A stretch of 27,948 nucleotides of DNA from Verrucomicrobiota bacterium (GTDB taxonomy: Bacteria > Verrucomicrobiota > Verrucomicrobiia > Limisphaerales > Palsa-1400): the NCBI GenBank assembly GCA_049510745.1, contig JBEKYR010000057.1:1-27948 (forward strand), given 5' to 3'. This document shows positions 9,904 through 17,440 of the stretch, in pieces; within the stretch, counting starts at the first letter, position 1, and the number at the start of each line of letters is the position of its first letter. The notes beneath the pieces were generated by a model that was not told the origin of the DNA, made no database searches, and was given only the letters and a program-made list of their open reading frames with translations. A program made the position numbers and the translations under genes.

Positions 9904-9955
9904 GGGGAGCGCGGGCGCCCTCGCCCGCCGTGTTCGGCGCCTCGCCGAACACATT
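9904..9955 (+). repeat. Double-hairpin REP-like element, copy 1
   Basis: ggggagc GCGGGCG-ccct-CGCCCGC c GTGTTCGGCG-cct-CGCCGAACAC att. Confidence 0.8.
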
Positions 9956-10008
9956 CTCCGTCGAACACCGGCTACACTAGTTCTTAAACCGCTCTAGACC
10001 GGGCGCCG

Positions 10009-11382
10009 TCACTTTCCGGGCGGCTCGGTCTTTACCAGGAACGTGGCCGCGACCGGCTGCAAGGCCACAATTTCAGGGGTGACGAACCGGACCTCCGCCG
10101 GCGGCGACAACAGAAAAGGCTGGATGCCGTGACGGGCGCCGTCGGGTTCCGGGCTGGCCAGCCAGCAACGGCCGCGCTCGTCGCGGAGCCTGACGCCAAA
10201 AACCCCGGGCGGCAGGCGAAGATAGATCGTTGGCGAAGGGGTATAGTGGCCGTCGAACACCTGCACGCGCGAGGCGCTGAGCCGCCACTCCGTTGCCGTC
10301 CACCCGGACGGCGCGCCGCCCGAAACGGGTCCCATCCCCGGATTGTTGGTGACAAACTTCCCCTCGCAAAACACGTGCGTTCCCGGCGGAAAAGAGCCGA
10401 GGGCGGTGATTTCGCCGGAGTCGCACCGGCAGGAAAGGTTCCACCAGTTGGTCGCCGTCGATGTCAAGTCTATCTTCGGCAGCGCCGCCAGCAGCGGGGC
10501 CGATTCCGTGTTGGTCGCGCTCGGGCGGAACTTGGCGGAAAATCGCAGCGCCGGCTGCCAGACGTTGGGCAACTGGCCCTGGTTGCCCAGCGGATCTTCC
10601 GCCTTCCATTCCGGGCCGTCCCAGCCGGCCAGCGGCAGCCCGTCGCGCAGCAGGCGCCAGGAAGGTTTCCAATAGCGCGCCGGCGTGGCCCAGTATTCCT
10701 TGGGACCGCCGTTGGTGGCGAGCGTCAAGCGATCCAAAACGATTTCCATCCCGCCCGCCTTCTGCCGCTGCGGCAGGGCCTGGCCCTCCCAGACCGCGGG
10801 CCGGGCGCGGGCGGGGTTTTCAAATCTGGTCTGGCTGGGGATTTTCTTCTTCCAGGGCGTGACGCGCAACGTCAACGTCTTTTCATCCCGCGGGAAGCAG
10901 GTGAAAACATGGCCGACCCGGACAAATGTGGGGCCGAACCAGCAGCAATCCCTGGTTTCTTCGCCCCAAAGTTCCCCGTGCTGATCGACGAATTCCAGCC
11001 GCACGCTCTGGCAATCGACGCCCTTGCCGCTGGCGGCGTCCGTCGCCTCGACCCACACTACCAGCGCCGGCACGCTCGAGGTGATGGTTTGCTCCGGTTT
11101 TTTCGGCGAAAAGAGCCGTCCCAGACGGAGGGGGAGCCAGTAAAAAAACTGGCGGTAATAGTCGTGCTGTCCCATGCGATGGTGCGTCCCGAAAGTCACC
11201 CCCTCGACGTGCAAAATCCTTCCATCTGCCAGAGGCAGGCTGGCCAGGAATTGAGACTGGCGCGCCCGCGTGAACAGCACCACGATCAGAACGCCGAGAA
11301 TCGTCGGAACCCAGACCCGCAAGGCGAAATGCCAGGAGCCAGGCCGCCCTCCAACGCTGAGAGATGTTTTTGGCGGGTCCAA
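10009..11382 (-). CDS. Membrane-anchored hypothetical protein
   Basis: 457-aa ORF with one N-terminal hydrophobic helix and a Trp/Pro-rich, beta-looking body. TTG start with an in-frame stop just upstream. No family recognised. Confidence 0.7.
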   Translation of the reverse strand: MDPPKTSLSVGGRPGSWHFALRVWVPTILGVLIVVLFTRARQSQFLASLPLADGRILHVEGVTFGTHHRMGQHDYYRQFFYWLPLRLGRLFSPKKPEQTITSSVPALVVWVEATDAASGKGVDCQSVRLEFVDQHGELWGEETRDCCWFGPTFVRVGHVFTCFPRDEKTLTLRVTPWKKKIPSQTRFENPARARPAVWEGQALPQRQKAGGMEIVLDRLTLATNGGPKEYWATPARYWKPSWRLLRDGLPLAGWDGPEWKAEDPLGNQGQLPNVWQPALRFSAKFRPSATNTESAPLLAALPKIDLTSTATNWWNLSCRCDSGEITALGSFPPGTHVFCEGKFVTNNPGMGPVSGGAPSGWTATEWRLSASRVQVFDGHYTPSPTIYLRLPPGVFGVRLRDERGRCWLASPEPDGARHGIQPFLLSPPAEVRFVTPEIVALQPVAATFLVKTEPPGK

Positions 11383-11407
11383 AGTTCAAAGATCAAGGTT
11401 CAAATTT
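11380..11407. repeat. 7-bp tandem microrepeat (CAAAGTT-like x4)
   Basis: caaagtt caaagat caaggtt caaattt. Confidence 0.65.
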
Positions 11408-11483
11408 CATGCGGCTAATGTTCTTTTGGTCAAGATTACTCGAAACTGGTCATAATGGCACCTTGATCATTAGCGAGTCCTTT

Positions 11484-11563
11484 GGGAGCGCGGTCGTCTC
11501 GACCGCCCCCGTCGGCTAGTCCGCCAAAGCCTTGGCGACGGCGGACGTCCCGCCGACGGAATC
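11484..11563 (+). repeat. Double-hairpin REP-like element, copy 2, interrupted by a 30-bp second palindromic element (11517-11546)
   Basis: gggagc GCGGTCG-tct-CGACCGC cc CCGTCGGC [tagtccgccaaagccttggcgacggcggac] G-tcc-CGCCGACGG aatc. Confidence 0.75.
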
Positions 11564-11647
11564 TTTCGTCCGAAACTGGCCCACTTGTTGGGTAAGTCCG
11601 CAAGCACATCGCTAAATGTTTCGGGTAATGGCAGCGTGCGCTCAAGG

Positions 11648-11708
11648 CAAATCTGGGTTCGTTTGGTAAAAAACCGCTTTTGGCTCATGGTCTTTCCATC
11701 AGACGAAA
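11648..11708 (+). repeat. 61-bp direct repeat, copy A
   Basis: 56/61 identical to 12882-12942; the last 25 bp (ctcatggtctttccatcagacgaaa) are identical. Confidence 0.9.
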
Positions 11709-12091
11709 TGAAAGACGAGGCCTTCAGCCAGCAGGACCGAACCCTGCGCCGTTACCTCAACCCGGAGCTTTTAATCATTGACGATTTTGGTCTCAAGCAA
11801 CTGCCCAAGAACTCCGGCGAGCATCTTTTTGAGGTGATCATGCGCCGATATGAAAACCGGTCCACCATCATGACCAGCAACCGGCCCCTGGAGGAATGGG
11901 GCAAGCTTTTGGGCGACGTGCCCACCGCTGGCGCGATCCTGGACCGTTTCCTGCACCACGCCCAAACCATTGCCATTACCGGGCGGAGCTACCGGCTTAA
12001 AGACCACGCCGCCATAGCCGGAAAAGAGGACAAAAACAGAAAGAGCAAATCCAAGTCCAACGAACCTTCGACCGCAGAACCGGCGAGCTGA
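11709..12091 (+). pseudogene. istB: 5'-truncated IS21 helper ATPase IstB
   Basis: Walker B LLIIDDFG, RYENRSTIMTSNRPLEEW, AILDRFLHHA and ITGRSYRLK are present. Walker A and the N-terminal half are missing; homology starts at the edge of the 61-bp repeat. Confidence 0.88.
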
Positions 12092-12161
12092 ATAGCTCGC
12101 TTTCCGGTTCTTCTCGTTTTATCTTGCTGCTGATTAATAGTTGGACGATAGCGCCGGACTC

Positions 12162-12794
12162 ATGACCACATCCGAAGCAGATGAGACACTCGATCACCTT
12201 GAAGCTAATCAGTTCGAGGCGCTTTATCGCAGCCGCTGGGACACTGAGCATGCGGCGAAAGTGGTGCCGTTACTTGTTTCCTGCCTCGGGGTCGATGACA
12301 CCAAGGTCCTGCACAGGGCACTATTGGCCCTTTTTCGGATCGGGCCAGCGGCTCACTCTGCGGCTAATGCGGTAATCACGTTGATGTTTAACCCGGACAC
12401 ATTGGTTTGCGAGGTGGCTACCCACACCTTGGGAGGTATTTGCTGCCATTGCCCAGAGAGGGCCATCAAACCGCTTACGCAGGTCGCCTTAGACCCAAAG
12501 CTACAGAAAGCCGCGCTGTTTTCGCTTATCGGGCTTGGCCGAGGAGCAGCATCTGCCGCCACGGTTTTTGTGGCTTCGTTTGAGAGCCGAGATGCACGCA
12601 TCCGGCGTTTAGCCATCAGGGGTTTAGCCCAGAGCGGAGCCAAGCGCAGCGTTTCCGGGCCTGTCTTGTCCCGAGCGCTCAAAGATCGCAACGGTCAGGT
12701 TCGTGCCGCCGCCGAACGGCTTGCCCGAGCACTTGATCAAATGGAAATGAAGAAATTGAAAAGCCCCTTGCCAGCATCAAGAAACCTGATATGA
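12162..12794 (+). CDS. HEAT-repeat (PBS lyase-like) protein
   Basis: Repeated helical motifs (VPLLVSCLGVDD..VLHRALLAL, DARIRRLAIRGL, ALKDRNGQVRAAA). ATG 12162 or TTG 12141. Codon usage more AT-ending than host genes. Confidence 0.75.
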   Translation: MTTSEADETLDHLEANQFEALYRSRWDTEHAAKVVPLLVSCLGVDDTKVLHRALLALFRIGPAAHSAANAVITLMFNPDTLVCEVATHTLGGICCHCPERAIKPLTQVALDPKLQKAALFSLIGLGRGAASAATVFVASFESRDARIRRLAIRGLAQSGAKRSVSGPVLSRALKDRNGQVRAAAERLARALDQMEMKKLKSPLPASRNLI

Positions 12795-12881
12795 ATAAAG
12801 CTCCTCGGAGTGGCCGGTTTTGATTCGACCCTTGGTGGCTGGTTTTGAAGTGACCGGTGACATAACAAGTATATTATTACC

Positions 12882-12942
12882 CAAATTTGGGTTCGTCTGG
12901 CAACAAACCGCTTTTGCCTCATGGTCTTTCCATCAGACGAAA
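12882..12942 (+). repeat. 61-bp direct repeat, copy B
   Basis: caaatttgggttcgtctggcaacaaaccgcttttgcctcatggtctttccatcagacgaaa; matches 11648-11708. Confidence 0.9.
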
Positions 12943-13030
12943 CGCAAAGGGCCGGCGACGCCAAGGCGCCAAGCCACTCTGAGAACTCCTCCTGTCCGCC
13001 GGCTTGTCCGCCATCCTCCCACCCTCATAA

Positions 13031-13366
13031 ATTCACTGATTCACTGATTCACTGATTCTTTTACGACTTTTCGATAAAACCCCTTGCATATTCCATAAAT
13101 ACGTGATAATACTTCCTTCGATGACGCTAAATCGTCACATCGGTCAAGGCCGGCTTCGGCTCCGGGCGCTCCGCGCTGGTCGCCCAATCCCTTCGGCGAC
13201 GGCGGATTCGTCCCATACGTCCGATTCGTCCCACTGGTCCGATTGGTCCCTTTGGCCCCCCAATCAAACTAAATCAGACCAAATCAAACTAAATCAAACC
13301 AAAACAACAGGGGGGGGTCAGGCCAAATTCGGCCAAATTCGACCCAATTCGACCCAATTCGACCAA
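13031..13366. repeat. Cluster of tandem microrepeats (8-, 9/18-, 10- and 10-bp units)
   Basis: attcactg x3.5 (13031-13058); gattcgtcc-type 9-mers x6 (13205-13258); aaatcaaact-type x4 (13261-13300); ggccaaattc/gacccaattc x4.5 (13321-13366). Confidence 0.85.
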
Positions 13367-13466
13367 AAAAACATGAGTCGCCTCAAATCGTCAGGTAAGC
13401 CTATGACAAAATCGCACTCAACACCGCAGAAATCGAACCACCGTTTTGATCGCACCCGTCCAGGGG

Positions 13467-13495
13467 TTGAACTCTGAGCTTCCCCAGCATACCTT
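13467..13495 (+). promoter_or_regulatory. Putative sigma70 promoter of glnD
   Basis: TTGAAC-N17-TACCTT, ending 8 nt before the ATG. Confidence 0.4.
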
Positions 13496-13503
13496 CACGC
13501 CGG

Positions 13504-16284
13504 ATGCCGACTTTGCTCGAAAAAATTGAGGCCAGCGCCGCCACGCGCCTGACTCTGCCCGCCCATGCCCAGCCCCGGCTGGAATTGGCCCGCTATAAGA
13601 ATTTCCTCAAGGTGGAAACTCACCGCCTCAAAATGCTCCATCGCGCCGGCGCCGACGGCCGCGAGATTTGCCGCGCCCGCTCCGCCATCATCGACCTGCT
13701 CCTGCGCTATATCCTCGAGGCGGTGAAGAATTCCTCGCCGGTCCTGGCCGATGTGCCGCTGCCCGTCTTCGCCCTCGTCGCCCTCGGCGGTTATGGCCGG
13801 GCCGAACTCAACCCGCACAGCGACATCGACATCATGTTCCTGCACGAAAGCGACATGGTGGTGCAGGGCAGGGCGCGTCCGGCGATCGGGGCGTTGGTCG
13901 ATGGGTTGCTTTATACGTTGTGGGACCTGAGCTTCAAGGTCGGCCACTCGGTCCGCTCGATTGACGATTGTGTCAAGGTGGCCAACAACGACATGCAGTC
14001 CAAAACCTCCCTGATCGAGGCGCGCTGCATCACCGGGGACGCCACGTTGTTCGACCGGTTCACCCGCACGGTCCTGGCCAAATGCGTGCTGGGTTATGAA
14101 AACGAATATATGAACGCCCGGCTGGAAGACCAGGCGGCGCGCCGGGCCAAATACGGCAATTCCGCCTGCATGCAGGAGCCGCACATCAAAAACGGCTGCG
14201 GCGGGCTGCGCGATTATCAGAACCTGCTCTGGATGTCGTTCTTCAAATATCGCACCCGCACTCTGGCCGAGTTGGGGCAGAAGGAAATGATCAGCGCCAG
14301 CGAAGGCCGGCAACTGGACAGCGCCTACGGCTTCCTCCTGCGCGTGCGCAACGAATTGCATTACTACGTCAACCGCCCCGCCGACGTGCTGGGCCGCAGC
14401 CTGCAACCGCCCGTCGCCCTGAACCTCGGCTACCACGACCGTTCGGCGGGCAAACGGGTCGAGGCCTTCATGGGCGAATTCTACAGCCACAGCCGGAACA
14501 TCGACTTCATCACCCGCACCGTCGAACGGCGCCTGGCCCTCATCCCGCCGCCCCGGCGCCTGCTCTCGTTTGCCCGCCGCATCTTTCGCTCCAATTCCGG
14601 CCCGGAGCAGGAGCCGGTGGTCGATGGCTTTAAAATTGTTGACGGCGAAATCCACCCGCTCTCCCCGGCCATCTTTCGCGACAGCCCCCGGCGGCTGATG
14701 CGGGTCTTTCTGCACGCCCAGCAACGCGGCCTCAAATTGCATCCCGCCACCGCGCAGCTCATCAGCAACCAGCTCTCGCTGGTGGACAAATCGTTTCTGA
14801 GCGACCCGCACGTGCGGGCCACGTTCCTGGAAATCCTCGACCAGCGCGGCAACGTCGCGCCCGTGCTCCGCTCCATGCACGAGGTGGGGTTGCTGGGCAA
14901 GTTCCTCCCGGAATTCGGCCGGCTCACCTGCCTGGTGCAGCATGAGTTCTATCATCAATACACGGCCGACGAACATACGCTCTACTGCATCGAAAAGCTC
15001 GACCAGGTCTGGAACGCCAAGACCCCCCCCTTTGCCGCCTACGCCGAGATCGCGCGCGAGGTGGAAAACGTCTTTCTTCTTTACCTTGCCCTGCTCCTGC
15101 ACGATGCCGGCAAGGCCTTCCGCACCGGCCACCATGAGCAAATCGGCGGCGCCGTCGCCCTCAGCGTCTCGCGCCGGCTCGGGCTGGACGGCGCCAAGAC
15201 CCACACCCTGCGCCTGGTCATCGAGAATCACCTGGCGCTGGCGCAAATCTCGCAGCGCCGCGACCTGGACGATCCGTCAGTCATCAGCAAATTGGCCCGC
15301 CAGATTCAATCCGTGGAAAACCTGGTCCTGCTCACCCTCCACACCTTCGCCGATTCCATGGGCACCAGCGACCAGCTTTGGAACGGCTTCAAAGACGCCG
15401 TCCTCTGGCAGCTTTATCACAGGACCCGCCAGGTCCTCACCGGCGGCACGGAATTCCTCCTGGCCGAAACCCGCCAGCGCGAGCTGCTCCTGGACGAAGT
15501 GCGCCGCATGGCCCCGCCCACCTTTGATCCGGACGAAATCCAGGCGCATTTCAACAGCGTCCCCCCGCGCTATTGTCAAATCAACGACGCCAGGGAAATC
15601 CTGCGCGACGTGACCCAGGTGCATCGTTTCATCCGCCTGCAATTGTCCGAGACCGAGGTCAACGCCCTGGAGCCGATCATTACCTGGCACAACGAACCGG
15701 ACCGCGGCTACACCACCGTGACCCTCTGCACCTGGGACCGCGACCGGCTCTTCAGCAACATCACCGGCTGCCTGACCGCCGCCGGCTTCAACATCCTCAG
15801 CGCCGAAATTGTCACCCGGACCGACGGCGTCATCCTGGACACCTTTTGCGTGACAGACGCCCGCACCGGGCTGCTGGCCAACCGCGAGGAACGGGACAAA
15901 TTCGAGAACCTGGTGCAGAAGGTTTTGACGGGCGGCCCGGTCGATTTGCCCGCCCTCATCGCCAGGACCAGAACCGCCCCGCCCAGCTTCAAAGCCATCG
16001 GCGGAGAGCGAATCCCGGCGGTCATCGTCCTGGACAACATCACCTCGGACTCCCGCACCATCATTGATTTGCAGGCCGAAGACCGGGTCGGATTGCTCTA
16101 CGACGTTTCGCGGGCCTTGGCGGATTTGAACGTGAACATCTACCTGGCGAAAATCCTCACCGAAAAAGGCGCGGCCATCGACAGCTTCTACGTCACTGAG
16201 CGATGGGGCGGGAAACTGCTGGCCCCGGAACGGCAGGAGGCGATCAAGAAACGCCTCCACAAAGCCGTCCACCACGAGGGGTGA
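13504..16284 (+). CDS. glnD: [Protein-PII] uridylyltransferase / uridylyl-removing enzyme
   Basis: Nucleotidyltransferase motif ALGGYGRAELNPHSDIDIMFL, EPHIKNGCGGLRD, HD domain (HQYTADEHTL...LLHDAGK) and two C-terminal ACT domains (DRDRLF, DRVGLLYD). Confidence 0.97.
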   Translation: MPTLLEKIEASAATRLTLPAHAQPRLELARYKNFLKVETHRLKMLHRAGADGREICRARSAIIDLLLRYILEAVKNSSPVLADVPLPVFALVALGGYGRAELNPHSDIDIMFLHESDMVVQGRARPAIGALVDGLLYTLWDLSFKVGHSVRSIDDCVKVANNDMQSKTSLIEARCITGDATLFDRFTRTVLAKCVLGYENEYMNARLEDQAARRAKYGNSACMQEPHIKNGCGGLRDYQNLLWMSFFKYRTRTLAELGQKEMISASEGRQLDSAYGFLLRVRNELHYYVNRPADVLGRSLQPPVALNLGYHDRSAGKRVEAFMGEFYSHSRNIDFITRTVERRLALIPPPRRLLSFARRIFRSNSGPEQEPVVDGFKIVDGEIHPLSPAIFRDSPRRLMRVFLHAQQRGLKLHPATAQLISNQLSLVDKSFLSDPHVRATFLEILDQRGNVAPVLRSMHEVGLLGKFLPEFGRLTCLVQHEFYHQYTADEHTLYCIEKLDQVWNAKTPPFAAYAEIAREVENVFLLYLALLLHDAGKAFRTGHHEQIGGAVALSVSRRLGLDGAKTHTLRLVIENHLALAQISQRRDLDDPSVISKLARQIQSVENLVLLTLHTFADSMGTSDQLWNGFKDAVLWQLYHRTRQVLTGGTEFLLAETRQRELLLDEVRRMAPPTFDPDEIQAHFNSVPPRYCQINDAREILRDVTQVHRFIRLQLSETEVNALEPIITWHNEPDRGYTTVTLCTWDRDRLFSNITGCLTAAGFNILSAEIVTRTDGVILDTFCVTDARTGLLANREERDKFENLVQKVLTGGPVDLPALIARTRTAPPSFKAIGGERIPAVIVLDNITSDSRTIIDLQAEDRVGLLYDVSRALADLNVNIYLAKILTEKGAAIDSFYVTERWGGKLLAPERQEAIKKRLHKAVHHEG

Positions 16285-16340
16285 GGACGATCGTGTCGAA
16301 GTCGTTTCCCAGTTTAAAATTCTCCGCGCGCGAGCTTACC

Positions 16341-16649
16341 TCATTCGCGGGAGCAGACGGTGGTCGAGAGCACGCCGAGCGTGGTCTTCAATATGTCCCA
16401 CTGAATCTGCAAATTGAGAACCTGATTGCGCAAGGCTTCGTTTTCGGCCCGCAACTGCGCCATGCCGCTCAGGTTCCTGGCGGGCTTGGAGCGCGAGCCG
16501 GTTTTCTTCTTCCAGGTACGCAAATCGGCGGGGTCCACTCCCAATTCGGAGGCGGCCGTTTCCAGGCTGCCGCTCCTGTTCAAAAAATCGACGGCGGCTT
16601 GTTTAAAGGAGTCTTCGTACTGTCTGTGAGGTTCGTTGTCGTTTGCCAT
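16341..16649 (-). CDS. IS3-family OrfA-like HTH/leucine-zipper protein without orfB
   Basis: RQYEDSFKQAAV...AASELGV...LRTWKK HTH followed by LRAENEALR...DILKTTLGVLS coiled coil; no DDE ORF follows. Confidence 0.75.
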   Translation of the reverse strand: MANDNEPHRQYEDSFKQAAVDFLNRSGSLETAASELGVDPADLRTWKKKTGSRSKPARNLSGMAQLRAENEALRNQVLNLQIQWDILKTTLGVLSTTVCSRE

Positions 16650-16780
16650 AAAAGCTCTTTTCTGATAGTCGATTCCTCATTGGGCGTCTCGGACCCAATT
16701 CACAATCCAAAGACTCAGCAATCACCGTGCCATGCGCAGAATTGCAACTGTTTTCCCGGCGTTGCGAAATTGTTGCAAAC

Positions 16781-16928
16781 CTCACGAAGCGAACGGGTTC
16801 TGCTTGGTGTTGCGGGGGAAGAGGCGGGGGGCGGCGCAGACACCGCCCACCAGGTAAATCCATCCAATTATGAGATGGGCGGTAAAAAACAAGGACAGGC
16901 CCAGCAAGTCGATAGTGTGCCAGGCGTA
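16781..16928 (-). repeat. Duplicated 3' end of the 23493..24311 gene (left island boundary, gene fragment)
   Basis: 141/148 identical to 23492-23639; encodes YAWHTIDLLGLSLFFTAHLIIGWIYLVGGVCAAPRLFPRNTKQNPFAS-stop. Confidence 0.95.
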
Positions 16929-17005
16929 AGATTGCAGGGGACAATCTTCCGCCCCATGAAACAAACGTAAGCCTCGGGGAATAAACAGGTTCCGTGCAGG
17001 ACCGT

Positions 17006-17038
17006 CGGCCAATTGGGGTGCAATGCTGCAATTGGCCG
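17006..17038 (-). terminator. Hairpin directly after the XRE gene stop
   Basis: cggccaattg-N13-caattggccg inverted repeat; no strong U tract on the minus strand. Confidence 0.35.
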
Positions 17039-17040
17039 TT

Positions 17041-17298
17041 TTATTTTGAGCCGGCTTGTGGGGCCTTTTCTTTCACCGGATACCGGGGATCAAGCAATTC
17101 ATAAGCATCAAGGCCAAATCCTCGGGCAATTTTCTCCAGCGTCAGCAAACCTGGATTGCGCTTGATGCCAAGCTCATAAAGCTGAAACACCTTTTGCCCG
17201 ATCCCGCACCTCTCGGCAGCCTGCTCTTGAGTCCAGCCGCGCTGCTTTCTAAGCGCCCGGATTCGTTCTTGAAATCGCTTTGAGATGTTTTCCTGCAC
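17041..17298 (-). CDS. XRE-family helix-turn-helix transcriptional regulator
   Basis: RIRALRKQRGWTQEQAAERCGI...YELGIKRNPGLLTLEKIARGF; divergent from the 1712-aa gene. Confidence 0.92.
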   Translation of the reverse strand: MQENISKRFQERIRALRKQRGWTQEQAAERCGIGQKVFQLYELGIKRNPGLLTLEKIARGFGLDAYELLDPRYPVKEKAPQAGSK

Positions 17299-17322
17299 TC
17301 ATTCAAGGCTGGAATTTCGGGC

Positions 17323-17351
17323 TTGACATAAGAACTCCCTAAAGGTAGTTG
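17323..17351 (+). promoter_or_regulatory. Putative promoter for the 1712-aa gene
   Basis: Perfect TTGACA at 17323-17328, then N17 and a weak -10 (TAGTTG), in the divergent gap. Confidence 0.3.
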
Positions 17352-17440
17352 TCGCAAATGGCAATGAACGCCGTCTTCAAGCTCAACCAATTGATGGCTT
17401 TAAGAGCGGCCGCCCGCTATGTCATAATTGAAAGGCACCC

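Larger units (their letters stand above)
11709..12862 (+). mobile_element. IS21-family remnant (3' part of istB, passenger gene, right end)
   Basis: istB fragment, then internal repeats gtggccggttttga (12810-12823) and gtggctggttttga (12835-12848) and terminal ...gtgaccggTGACA (12862), typical of IS21 ends. istA and the left end are absent. Confidence 0.8.

Noticed and set aside
4986..9968. 593-aa and 966-aa antisense ORFs over the DUF11 protein
   Set aside because: Mirror of biased codon usage on the sense strand; the Gly/Asp/Val/Arg-rich translation is typical of antisense artefacts.
11585..11708. N-terminal part of the 168-aa istB ORF
   Set aside because: Read-through of the 61-bp repeat and flanking DNA, not IstB sequence.
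12055..12146. Possible integron attC site (GTCCAAC ... GTTGGAC, 92 bp) before the HEAT gene
   Set aside because: The outer boxes are complementary, but L boxes do not pair, the internal hairpin is off-centre, the left box is inside istB, and no second attC or integrase is present.
13031..13366. Possible CRISPR array
   Set aside because: Units are 8-10 bp, directly tandem with no unique spacers, and there are no cas genes.
13103..13477. 124-aa ORF upstream of glnD
   Set aside because: The translation simply reads through the microrepeat arrays and shows no protein-like signal.
16782..17012. 76-aa ORF as an independent gene
   Set aside because: Only its last 48 codons are the duplicated gene tail; the first part is unrelated junction sequence.
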